This document shows positions 33,736-42,524 of a stretch of DNA of 64,000 nucleotides, one piece after another. The position numbers and the translations under genes were made by a program. The stretch covers positions 15,726 to 79,725 of the forward strand of contig CAYSNW010000008.1 in NCBI GenBank assembly GCA_964432415.1, read 5' to 3'. Every line of letters starts with the position of its first letter. Positions within the stretch are counted from its first letter, which is position 1. The notes beneath the pieces were generated by a model that worked only from the letters and a program-made list of their open reading frames with translations, was not told the DNA's origin and ran no database searches. Source of the DNA: an uncultured Caulobacteraceae bacterium (GTDB lineage Bacteria; Pseudomonadota; Alphaproteobacteria; Caulobacterales; Caulobacteraceae).

Positions 33736-34666
33736 TCCGGTTACCTCGCGCGCCCGGATAGGCGGCGCGGATGCGGTCCTCGAACACGAACCAGCGCATG
33801 TTGGTCTCCTCGACCGCCGCCTCGACCGCGTGCTTGAAGTTGTCGTTGACCTTGCCGCGGTCGGTGGTCCCGGCGCCGATCCGGCCGGTCGCCGGGTCGA
33901 TGTCGCCCTTGTCCTTGTTGATGTAGTCGTGCTTGGCGCGGACCTTGGTCCAGCCGAAGCCGTAGCGGCAGTGGATCGCCTCCGGGAAACCTTCGTAGCA
34001 GCCGCTGATCAGGCCGTCGGGGAAGCCGACGCTGAGCCGCGGATCCAGCCAGGGCGCGCGGCCGCGCTGGTTCAGCCCCGGGGGATTGTCGGACGCGGCC
34101 GCGCCGTTGACGCTGTCGACCCAGTTGGAGTGGGAATAGAAGTCCTGGGCGGCGTGCAAGGACCAGCCGAAGTGCTCCAGCGCATTGCATTTGCCCCGTC
34201 CGGGCACGCCGGTGAAGATGCAGCCCGTCCCCAGCGGATCCATGGTCTGGGCCAGGTCGATCGTCCCGTCCGCGCGTACCAGCGAACCGGCGTCGGTCAC
34301 CGCCGCGTTCAGGTTCTCCTCCATCCAGCCCTTGCAGCTTTCGAGCTTCGCGCGCGCGTCGGCCTTGGACTGGGGGTAGCCGCTGACGTTGAAGAAGTCG
34401 CCGCCGTCGCAGTGGGCGCGGGCGATGTCGCCCATGGTCTCGCCCTTGTACTTGGCCGCGGGATTGTCGGGCGAGCCGACCGCGCCCCAGGTTCCCTTCT
34501 TGCCGGCGATCTCGTCGAGCGTCCGGGGGCCGATGTTGAAGCCCTTCAGGCCCAGTCGGGTGATCTTCTCGTGTTCGGCGTTCTGGCCCAGGCCCACGAT
34601 GGTCCCGAAACCGGAACAGAGGAAGCCCGCGACCACGACGCCCGCGATGACGAAACGCTTGTTCAT
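33695..34666 (-). CDS. secreted HET-C-domain-like protein (bacterial homolog of the fungal heterokaryon incompatibility Het-C domain)
   Basis: Signal peptide MNKRFVIAGVVVAGFLCSGFG. Signature LHAAQDFYSHSNWVD (Het-C HxxQDxxxHSN motif) and several conserved Cys. Confidence 0.65.
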   Translation of the reverse strand: MNKRFVIAGVVVAGFLCSGFGTIVGLGQNAEHEKITRLGLKGFNIGPRTLDEIAGKKGTWGAVGSPDNPAAKYKGETMGDIARAHCDGGDFFNVSGYPQSKADARAKLESCKGWMEENLNAAVTDAGSLVRADGTIDLAQTMDPLGTGCIFTGVPGRGKCNALEHFGWSLHAAQDFYSHSNWVDSVNGAAASDNPPGLNQRGRAPWLDPRLSVGFPDGLISGCYEGFPEAIHCRYGFGWTKVRAKHDYINKDKGDIDPATGRIGAGTTDRGKVNDNFKHAVEAAVEETNMRWFVFEDRIRAAYPGARGNRIICVLKSDDSKGC

Positions 34667-34739
34667 GACCCACCCCCGATGGTTGAGATACGAATTAAAG
34701 CGCACGCGTGTATTTTGCGCAATTCTCGTGTGACGCGAA

Positions 34740-35483
34740 CTAGGTCGGGAACCGCAGCTGGTGCAGCACCAGGGCGCTGGTCGCCGCCACGTTCAGGGAA
34801 TCGAAGGCGCCCGCCATCGGAATGCGCACCGTACGCGCCCGGCTCATCAGGGCGTCGGGCAGCCCCGGCCCCTCGGCGCCGAGCAGGACTGCGGTGCGCT
34901 CCGTGGGCGCCAACTCGGCCAGGACCTCATCGCCGCGCGGGCTCAGGGCGAGGATTTCGAAGCCGCTCGCCCTCAGCGCTTCGATCCCCGCCTCCGCCGA
35001 GTCGAGCCGCGCCCAGGGCACGGCCAGGGCGGCGCCGACCGAAACCCGGATGGCCTTTCGATAGAGCGGATCACAGCAGGTGGGGTCCAGCAGCACCAGG
35101 TCCGCGCCGAAGGCCGCGGCGTTGCGGAAGATTCCGCCCACATTGTCGTGGTTGGCGATCCCGGCCAGCACCACCACGACCGCCCGCTCCGGCAGGGCCG
35201 CGATAAGGGCCCCCGCATCCGCCTCCGGTCCCCGTTCGCCCAGCGCCAGTATGCCCCGGTGGATGTGAAAGCCGGTGATGGCGTCCAGCACCCCCTGCCC
35301 GGCTGCATAGACCGGTGTCTCCGGCGCCGCGGCGGCCAGGACCGGCGCCAGGGCCTCCACGCGCTTGGCGTCGATCAGGATGGAGACGCAGCGGAAGCGC
35401 CGCTCGCGCAGAAGCACGCGCAGCACGACTTCCCCTTCGGCGATGAACCGCCCTTCCCGGCCCACCAGGTCGCGCTCGCGCAC
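34740..35483 (-). CDS. TrmH/SpoU-family RNA 2'-O-methyltransferase
   Basis: VVLAGIANHDNVGGIFRNAAAFG ... RIPMAGAFDSLNVAATSALVL. Confidence 0.85.
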   Translation of the reverse strand: MRERDLVGREGRFIAEGEVVLRVLLRERRFRCVSILIDAKRVEALAPVLAAAAPETPVYAAGQGVLDAITGFHIHRGILALGERGPEADAGALIAALPERAVVVVLAGIANHDNVGGIFRNAAAFGADLVLLDPTCCDPLYRKAIRVSVGAALAVPWARLDSAEAGIEALRASGFEILALSPRGDEVLAELAPTERTAVLLGAEGPGLPDALMSRARTVRIPMAGAFDSLNVAATSALVLHQLRFPT

Positions 35484-35533
35484 GTTGCGGTAAGGGGCGA
35501 CGCGGGAGTCGTCGGGATCGGTGATGGGGATGA

Positions 35534-36610
35534 TTATTGCGGCGACCCGGGCGGCGGGATGGTCGCCATCGGGGCGGCGCTCGAGGGCGACAGGGTGTTC
35601 ATCGGCGCCGTGGGCGCGGGATCCGCCGCGACCTTCACCACCGGGGTCAGGGCCTTGACCATGGCCTGCAGGGCGTCAGGGCCGGTCCCGACATACTCCC
35701 AGTGCCAGGGCTCAAACGGATAGTTCACGAAGCCGAAGCGGCCGGCGTTCTTGACCAGCCAGCGGTAGGCGGGCCCGCGGGTCTGCAGCATGCGGTTCTG
35801 CCAGGTGGTCTGGTCGGCGCTGACGCCCTCGACCCACCCGACGTTCAGATCGATCGCCGTGCCGGTCCGGTGGGCCGAACAGACCGCCCGGTGGGCGCCG
35901 TCGCAGTTGTGCTCATGTTCGCAGCGGTCGGCGTCGGACTCCGGACTGCGATAGCCGGAGAAGATGGTCAGGGCCTTGGGATCGGAATAGACGCCCCAGC
36001 TCTCGTCGCGCGCCGCGGCGATCATCCGCTCGTAGGCGGCCAGCACATCGGCCCTCAGGTAGCGGCCTTCACGGCCGAAGGTCTCCTCCGCGGCCGGGAT
36101 CGGGGCCAGGGCGGTCTGCGCCGGAGCGTCCGGGCACAGTTTCAGGACGCGAACCATGATGAAGGGCCGCCGCTCCTGCCACAGGCCCTTGAACACCTCG
36201 AAGGTGGCCTGGTCGAAGACGCCCGTCGGCGGCAGCTTGTAGCGGGCCTGGAAGGCGGCCAGCTTCTCGGCGAACGAGGCGGTGCCCACCCCGCAGGTCG
36301 TGCCGATCTCCTGGCTGATCAGGATCTGGTAGATGTCCCAGCCCTTCTCAGGAACGCCGAAGGGCTTCCAGTCCAGGGTGTCGACCGACTTGCCGTTCTC
36401 GATCGCGGCGGCGGCGAAGGCCTTGGCGTCGCCGCAACTGGCGTAGGTCATGTGGCGTGCGGGCGCCCCGTCGGCGGCGTCGGCCGACGCCGCGGCGAAA
36501 GCGCCCATCAGGGCGGCCAGGATCGTCAGGATCGATGATTTCACGGGACGCCCGAACATCGGGTCAGCAAAGCCTCGAACGCCTGAGAAGGCAAGGGCGC
36601 GAGCGGTCAC
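35534..36610 (-). CDS. peptidase M15B (VanY-type) D-alanyl-D-alanine carboxypeptidase, secreted
   Basis: SGYRSPESDA ... HRTGTAIDL ... FVNYPFEPWHWEY zinc-site motifs. The true start is probably MFGRPVKSS at about 36559. Confidence 0.8.
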   Translation of the reverse strand: MTARALAFSGVRGFADPMFGRPVKSSILTILAALMGAFAAASADAADGAPARHMTYASCGDAKAFAAAAIENGKSVDTLDWKPFGVPEKGWDIYQILISQEIGTTCGVGTASFAEKLAAFQARYKLPPTGVFDQATFEVFKGLWQERRPFIMVRVLKLCPDAPAQTALAPIPAAEETFGREGRYLRADVLAAYERMIAAARDESWGVYSDPKALTIFSGYRSPESDADRCEHEHNCDGAHRAVCSAHRTGTAIDLNVGWVEGVSADQTTWQNRMLQTRGPAYRWLVKNAGRFGFVNYPFEPWHWEYVGTGPDALQAMVKALTPVVKVAADPAPTAPMNTLSPSSAAPMATIPPPGSPQ

Positions 36611-36781
36611 GAAAGCGTCGGCGGAGGCGATACTTCACCCGCCAAACCGCGAGAAAGATTAAGCGTTTGTCATATTAAGTCTTCGTCATATTTCAATTTT
36701 GAACACTAACTTGGGGCCCGTTCGATGTAGAGCGTCGCGAAACGCCCCGCTGCATGTACAGGGGCGATCAGGGGATAAACT
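36611..36781. promoter_or_regulatory. AT-rich promoter region upstream of the TonB-dependent receptor
   Basis: Reads attaagcgtttgtcatattaagtcttcgtcatatttcaattttgaacactaac, followed by an RBS and ATG at 36782. Confidence 0.4.
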
Positions 36782-39034
36782 ATGAGCCGTTGGCTGCCCT
36801 GCGTGATCGCGGGCCTTGTCGTCGCGCCGGCCGGCGTGGCCGCCGCCCAGAGCGCGCCCACCCAGTCGCCTCAAACCCAGGCCGCGCCGGCCCAGGGCGC
36901 ACCGGCGCCGAAGACGGACGCGAAGAAGCCCGACGCCAAGGCGAAGGAGCCGAAGTCGACCACGGTCGAGGGCGTCACCGTCACGGCTCAGGACACGGTG
37001 CGCTCCTCCATCGAGAAGCGCAGCTACGACGTGTCGAAGGACCTGCAGGTCTCCACCGGCTCGGTCGCCGACGTGTTGCGCAACGTGCCCCAGGTCGAGG
37101 TCGACCTGCAGGGCAACGTCAGCCTGCGCGGGGACTCCAACGTCACCATCATGGTCGACGGCAAGCCCTCGGCGATGATGAAGGGCCCCAACGCCGGCCA
37201 GGTGCTGCAGTCCATGCCCGCCGGCCAGATCGCGCGGGTCGAGGTGATCACCAACCCATCCGCCGCCTATTCTCCGGACGGCACGGCCGGGATCATCAAC
37301 CTGGTCACCAAGGCCACGACCAAGCCCGGCGTCACCGCCGGCGCCCGCGCCGCCATCGGCAGCGGCGGCCGCTACAACGGCGGTGTCAACGGCTCCTGGA
37401 AGCGCGGCAAGCTCAGCCTGTCGGGCGACGCCTCCATCCGCCACGACCTGCAGATCACCGAGGTGCTCGACAGCCGCGACGGGACCAACCCCGGCGGCGG
37501 ATCCTTCTCCACCCGCAGCCCGTCGAACTCGCGCGGGGCGGCCGATTCCAGGTTGGCGCGCACCAGCCTCGACTACGACGTCAATCCGAAGCTGCGCCTG
37601 TCGGCGGAGACCCATTTCAACGGCCTGGACTACCACCAGGGCTCCACCAGCCAACTGTTCTCGGGCGTCAGCCCCACGACCCTCGTCGACGTGTTCGACC
37701 GCTCCGGCGCCTTCGACCTGACGCGCAACAACGTCGGGGCCAGCACCAGCCTCCGCCAGGTCTTCCCCGGCGATGAGCACACCCTGCTGGCCAGCCTGAC
37801 CGCCGACCGCACCTACGACGACCGGCGCCAGCACTACAACGACTTCGGCCCGGCCAACGTGCCACCCACGACCTTTGAGCGCCTGCGCACCGAGGACGTC
37901 CAGGACGTCGAGCAGTTCAAGGTGGATTACACCCGTCCCACCGGCAAAATGGGCAAGCTGAAGCTCGGCGTCGATCTGCAAGGGACCCAGCAGCGCACCG
38001 ACAACACAGGGGTGCGCGGCCCGACCGAGGCGACCGCGGTCAACGACCCGACGCGCACGGACCTGTTCCTGTTCCACCAGACCGTGAACGCCGCCTACGT
38101 CACCTACGAGCAGCCGATCGGCAAGCTGACGGTCCTGGGTGGCCTTCGTGTCGAGGACGTGCGCATCACCGCCGACGACCGCACCTCGGCCCAGCGCAAC
38201 GAGAACAACTACACCCGCCTGTACCCCACCCTGCACCTGGGCTGGCAGCTGGACGACCACCAGCAGCTGGGCGCCTCCTACAGCAAGCGCGTCCAGCGGC
38301 CGTTCTCGGGCGACTTCAACCCGTTCCGCCAGATCATCGACCCCTTCAATCTGCGCGCCGGCAATCCGAACCTGCAGCCGCAGATCACCCAGTCCTACGA
38401 GGGGTCGTGGCAGTACCGCGCGGGCCCGGCCTTCTATCTGGCGACCCTGTTCTACCGTCAGAACGAGAAGGGCTTCACCGACGTCTCGCGCGATATCGGC
38501 GGCGGGGTGATTCTGACCACCAAGGAGAACCTGACCTCCGGCCGCAACGGCGGGCTGGAATTTGTGGCCAATGGCCGCCTGTTGAAGAACGTCACCTACA
38601 GCGCCTCGGGCAACGTCGCCTGGACCGAAATCGACGCCACGGGCCTGGGCTTCGCCGGCACACGCTCGGCGACCTCGGTCAGCGGCCGCGGCACCGTCAA
38701 CTGGCAGGTGACGCCCAAGGACCTGGTGCAGTGGAACGGTTTCATGCAGGGCAAGCAGCTGACCGCCCAGGGCTACCGGGCGCCGCTCGGCGGCATGAAC
38801 ATCGGCTACCGCCACAAGTTCGACGACCACCTGTCCCTGGTCATGACCAGTCAGGACCCGTTCGGCATCCTGCACTTCCGCCAGGTCATCGACACGCCGG
38901 TCCTGCATGAGCGGGTGGACGTCCAGCCCAAGGTCCGGGCCTTCTTCATCGGCTTCGCCTACACCTTCGCCGGCCGCGGCGGGCGTGAACAGCAGTTCGA
39001 CTACGGCAGCCCGACCGGCGGTCCGGGGGGCTGA
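36782..39034 (+). CDS. TonB-dependent outer-membrane receptor
   Basis: Signal peptide, plug-domain motifs (VEGVTVTAQ...; GDSNVTIMVDGKP) and a beta-barrel ending in an aromatic terminal residue (...AYTFAGRGGREQQF). Confidence 0.9.
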   Translation: MSRWLPCVIAGLVVAPAGVAAAQSAPTQSPQTQAAPAQGAPAPKTDAKKPDAKAKEPKSTTVEGVTVTAQDTVRSSIEKRSYDVSKDLQVSTGSVADVLRNVPQVEVDLQGNVSLRGDSNVTIMVDGKPSAMMKGPNAGQVLQSMPAGQIARVEVITNPSAAYSPDGTAGIINLVTKATTKPGVTAGARAAIGSGGRYNGGVNGSWKRGKLSLSGDASIRHDLQITEVLDSRDGTNPGGGSFSTRSPSNSRGAADSRLARTSLDYDVNPKLRLSAETHFNGLDYHQGSTSQLFSGVSPTTLVDVFDRSGAFDLTRNNVGASTSLRQVFPGDEHTLLASLTADRTYDDRRQHYNDFGPANVPPTTFERLRTEDVQDVEQFKVDYTRPTGKMGKLKLGVDLQGTQQRTDNTGVRGPTEATAVNDPTRTDLFLFHQTVNAAYVTYEQPIGKLTVLGGLRVEDVRITADDRTSAQRNENNYTRLYPTLHLGWQLDDHQQLGASYSKRVQRPFSGDFNPFRQIIDPFNLRAGNPNLQPQITQSYEGSWQYRAGPAFYLATLFYRQNEKGFTDVSRDIGGGVILTTKENLTSGRNGGLEFVANGRLLKNVTYSASGNVAWTEIDATGLGFAGTRSATSVSGRGTVNWQVTPKDLVQWNGFMQGKQLTAQGYRAPLGGMNIGYRHKFDDHLSLVMTSQDPFGILHFRQVIDTPVLHERVDVQPKVRAFFIGFAYTFAGRGGREQQFDYGSPTGGPGG

Positions 39035-39081
39035 TCGGATCTGCCTGAACCGCGAAGCGGCTCGGTTCAGAAAGAGTTGGA

Positions 39082-39158
39082 CCACCAAGCACACCAAGGA
39101 CACCAAGAAGAACACCAAGGATCGTGATTGCGCGCCGACCCCTTGGTGTGCTTGGTGG
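39082..39158. terminator. perfect 18-bp inverted repeat (ccaccaagcacaccaagg / ccttggtgtgcttggtgg) between convergent genes, embedded in CACCAAG heptamer repeats; putative bidirectional terminator
   Basis: Arms at 39082-39099 and 39141-39158 with a 41-nt loop. Weak T-rich flanks on both strands. Confidence 0.4.
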
Positions 39159-39197
39159 TGAAATCCTTCTCTTGCGCCGTTCGGCGCGAGGTCTGGG

Positions 39198-40709
39198 TTA
39201 TCTCCCCGCGATCACCGCCATCACGTCCTTGCGCAGCGCCGCGCCGCTGTCAGGCCGCGAGTAGAACATGTGGCCGCCGGGATAGGCCTTCACCTGCACC
39301 CGGTTGGCGTCTCCCATCGCCGGCATCTGGTCTACGATCAGCCTGGAGGCGAAGTACGGGCACGACAGGTCGTTGTAGCCGTGCACGATCAGCACCTTCA
39401 GCTTGGCGTCCAGCGCCACGGCCTGGCGCATGTCGGTGACCGACTCCTGGTCGGGCGCGCGTCCGCGGTCCCACAGGCGGTTCACGTCATTGGACAGGGC
39501 CTCGTAGCGGCCATCGACCTTCCAGCCGACGATGCGGGTGGTGAAATCGACCATGGCCGAGGTGGTGGGCGCCACGATCTGGTCCAGGATCGGATCGCCG
39601 GCCTGCTGGTCCGGCGCCCAGGGGAAGGGATCGTAGCCGGTGACGTTGGAGTCGTAGCGGCTGCCGAGTTCGCCCCGGTCGCGGAACACCTCGCGCAGGT
39701 AGGCCTGGGTTTCGAGGCGGCCGCCCAGCCGGGTGACGAATTTCGGATCCAGCCCGGTGTAGCCCGCGACCTTGCCGAGCATCGCCTGGTGCCCCGCCGG
39801 ATCGCTCTTTCCCTTCACCAGCGCCAGCATGTAGTCGCCCCGGGTGTAGGCCTCGACCTCGGCCATGGCTTCCGGCGTCAGCCTGTTCTGGCGTTCCAGG
39901 TTGGCCGCGGCGATGGACGGCAGGTTGATCATCCACGGCAGGGGCGAGACATCGCCGTCCTGGCGCGCGGCGCCGTCCAGCAGCGGCGAGACCAGGATCA
40001 TGCCGTTGACGCCGACGCCGAGGCGCGTCTGCAGGGTGTGGGTGATGCGCGGGCCGCGGAAGCCGCCGTAGCTCTCGCCCACCACATACTTGGGCGAGGC
40101 CATACGGCCGTTCTTCAGCAGCCAGTCGTAGACGATGCGCGACAGGTAATCGATGTCCTGCCTGGCGCCGTAGAAGCGCTTCTTGGTCTCCTCCTCGTTG
40201 ACCAGCGAACGGGAGAAGCCGGTGCCGACCGGATCGATGAACACGATGTCGGTCATGTCGAGCCATGTGCCCGGATTGTCGGTCAGCACTGCCGGGTCCG
40301 ACGGCCCGTTGCCGCGGGCGCCGAACTGCACGCGCTTGGGCCCGATGGCGCCCAGGTTCAGATAGACCGAGGAGGCGCCCGGCCCGCCGTTGAAGGCGAA
40401 GGTCACCGGACGGTTGGGATCGCGCGGCCCGTCCAGGATGTAGGCGGTGAACACCACCTCGGCGATCTTCTTGCCCTTCTCGTCCCTGACCGGCAGCGAG
40501 CCGACGGTGGCGGTGTAGTTCAGCGTCTTGCCGTCGACGTGGGTGACCTGGGACACGTGGGCGTCGGCCGGGAACGGCGGCGGGGCGATCGGCTCGGCCG
40601 CCGGCTTGGCGGCGTCGGGCTTGGGCGCGTCCTGGGCTTGGGCGGGGAAGACGGCCAGCAGCGAAACGAAGGCGGCCGCGGCGGCGAAAACCTTGGAAAT
40701 CGAGTTCAT
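39198..40709 (-). CDS. secreted peptidase S10 (serine carboxypeptidase) family protein, paralog 1
   Basis: GESYGGFRGP nucleophile motif and a signal peptide. 503 aa. Confidence 0.85.
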   Translation of the reverse strand: MNSISKVFAAAAAFVSLLAVFPAQAQDAPKPDAAKPAAEPIAPPPFPADAHVSQVTHVDGKTLNYTATVGSLPVRDEKGKKIAEVVFTAYILDGPRDPNRPVTFAFNGGPGASSVYLNLGAIGPKRVQFGARGNGPSDPAVLTDNPGTWLDMTDIVFIDPVGTGFSRSLVNEEETKKRFYGARQDIDYLSRIVYDWLLKNGRMASPKYVVGESYGGFRGPRITHTLQTRLGVGVNGMILVSPLLDGAARQDGDVSPLPWMINLPSIAAANLERQNRLTPEAMAEVEAYTRGDYMLALVKGKSDPAGHQAMLGKVAGYTGLDPKFVTRLGGRLETQAYLREVFRDRGELGSRYDSNVTGYDPFPWAPDQQAGDPILDQIVAPTTSAMVDFTTRIVGWKVDGRYEALSNDVNRLWDRGRAPDQESVTDMRQAVALDAKLKVLIVHGYNDLSCPYFASRLIVDQMPAMGDANRVQVKAYPGGHMFYSRPDSGAALRKDVMAVIAGR

Positions 40710-40722
40710 TGTCGCGGTCTCC

Positions 40723-42237
40723 TCAGTTCGCGCCGTAGAGCGCCATGACGTCCTGGCGCAGGGCCGCCGAACTGGCCGGGCGGCTGTAGAACATGTGACC
40801 GCCGGGATAGACCCGCAGGCGCACGCGCCCCGGATCGCCCATGGGCGGCAGCTGGTCGATGATCAGGCGCGAGGCGAAGTACGGACACGACAGGTCGTCG
40901 TAGCCGTGCACGATCAGCACCTTGAGTCTGGCGTCCAGCGCGATGGCCTGGCGCAGGTCGGTGACCGACTCGATGCCGCCGATGCCGTTCTCCCAGTCGG
41001 CGCCCACCTCGTAGGACAGGGCGTTGTAGCGGGCGTCCACCTTCCAGCCGACCGTGCGGGTCACGAAGTCCACCATGGCCTCGGTGGTCGGCGCGATGAT
41101 GGCGTCCAGGATCGGATCGCCTGCCTTCCTCTGGGGCGACCAGGGGAAGGGATCGTAGGTGGTGACGTTGGAGTCGTAGACCGAGCCCAGCATGCCTTGG
41201 TCACGATGCACCTCGCGCAGGAAGGCGCCGGTCTCGATGCGTCCGCCGGCGCGGCGTACCATCTGGGGATCGAGCCCGGTGTAAGCCGAGACGCGCGCGG
41301 CCACCCGGTCGGCGGCGGCCTTGTCGGCGGTCCCCTTCAGGATGTCGGTGACGAATTCGCCGCGGGCGTAGGCCTCGACCTCGGCCATGGTCTCCGGCGA
41401 CAGGGTCTTGCCCTGGCGCTCGTAGTTGGCGGCCGTCATCGAGGGCAGCGACACCGCCCAGGGCATGGGCGAGAACGAGCCGTCGCCGTCGGCCTCCGAG
41501 TTCAGGTAGGGCGAGACGAGCACCGCGCCGTTGACGCCGACGCCCAGCGTCGTCTGCAGATAGTGGGTGATGCGCGGGCCGCGGAAGCCGCCGTAGCTCT
41601 CGCCCACGAAGTACTTGGGCGAGGCCATCCGTTGGTTCTTGAGCAGCCAGTCGTAGACGATGCGCGACAGGTATTCGATGTCGGTCTTGACCGTGAAGAA
41701 GCGCTTCTTGGTGTCCTCGCGTGAGATCAGCGAGCGGGAGAAGCCGGTGCCCACCGGGTCGATGAACACCAGATCGGTGAAGTCGAGCCAGGTGCCGGGA
41801 TTGTCGACCAGGGTGGGCGCGTCCGACGCCGTGTTGCCCTGGGCCCCGAACTGGATGCGCTTGGGTCCGATCGCGCCGAGGTTCAGATAGACCGATGAGG
41901 CGCCGGGGCCGCCGTTGAAGGCGAAGGTGACGGGCCGCGTGGTCGGGTCTTTCGGACCGTCGAGGGTGTAGGCGGTGAAGACCACCTCGGCGATCTTCTT
42001 GCCCTTCTCGTCGCGGACCGGCAGGGCGCCGACGGTGACGGTGTAGTTCAGCGCCTTGCCCGAGACGTGGGTGACCTGTTTGACGGTGGCCTCGCCGGGG
42101 AACGGCGGCAGATCGCCGATGTCCTTGTCCTTCTTGGACGCCTCGGCGGCGGGTTTCTCATCCTGGGCGGAGACCGCGCCTGCGAGACCCAGCGACAGCG
42201 CACAGACCATCACGGCCGCGCGAACCAACGAACGCAT
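40723..42237 (-). CDS. secreted peptidase S10 (serine carboxypeptidase) family protein, paralog 2 (tandem duplicate)
   Basis: 504 aa, about 70% identical to paralog 1. GESYGGFRGP motif and a signal peptide. Confidence 0.85.
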   Translation of the reverse strand: MRSLVRAAVMVCALSLGLAGAVSAQDEKPAAEASKKDKDIGDLPPFPGEATVKQVTHVSGKALNYTVTVGALPVRDEKGKKIAEVVFTAYTLDGPKDPTTRPVTFAFNGGPGASSVYLNLGAIGPKRIQFGAQGNTASDAPTLVDNPGTWLDFTDLVFIDPVGTGFSRSLISREDTKKRFFTVKTDIEYLSRIVYDWLLKNQRMASPKYFVGESYGGFRGPRITHYLQTTLGVGVNGAVLVSPYLNSEADGDGSFSPMPWAVSLPSMTAANYERQGKTLSPETMAEVEAYARGEFVTDILKGTADKAAADRVAARVSAYTGLDPQMVRRAGGRIETGAFLREVHRDQGMLGSVYDSNVTTYDPFPWSPQRKAGDPILDAIIAPTTEAMVDFVTRTVGWKVDARYNALSYEVGADWENGIGGIESVTDLRQAIALDARLKVLIVHGYDDLSCPYFASRLIIDQLPPMGDPGRVRLRVYPGGHMFYSRPASSAALRQDVMALYGAN

Positions 42238-42325
42238 GAAATCACCCCTCCCGACGGGTTTCAGGGTGCGGACCTTACGGGCCTGAAGGGCCGGCGGGCA
42301 AAATTAATTTTCGGCAATGCGGCCA

Positions 42326-42476
42326 ATCCTCCCCTTCAGGGGAGGGGGACCAAACGAAGTTTGGTGGAGGGGCCTTTGCCAGATGAAGACCCGACGGCCG
42401 CTTCTTTCTCAAATCCCCTGTCAGCAAGGCCCCTCCACCGCGTTCCGCGGTCCCCCTCCCCTGAAGGGGAGGATTT
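42326..42476. repeat. about 150-bp nested palindromic element: outer 27-bp inverted repeat (aatcctccccttcaggggagggggacc / ggtccccctcccctgaaggggaggatt) and inner 12-bp inverted repeat; MITE/REP-like
   Basis: Read directly. Lies in the divergent intergenic region between S10 paralog 2 and the MFS gene. Confidence 0.7.
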
Positions 42477-42524
42477 AGGGGCGCTACCCTTGCCCCCTCG
42501 CCCGAAGCAAGCTCAAGTCCGCCC

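Noticed and set aside
36686-39118. 810-aa minus-strand ORF
   Set aside because: It is antisense to the TonB-dependent receptor gene and has a Gly/Ala/Arg/Val-rich artefactual translation.
42290-42500. Palindromic element as a riboswitch or small RNA gene
   Set aside because: The structure is a near-perfect DNA palindrome with no conserved riboswitch-like asymmetric features. The MITE/REP-like interpretation is more parsimonious.
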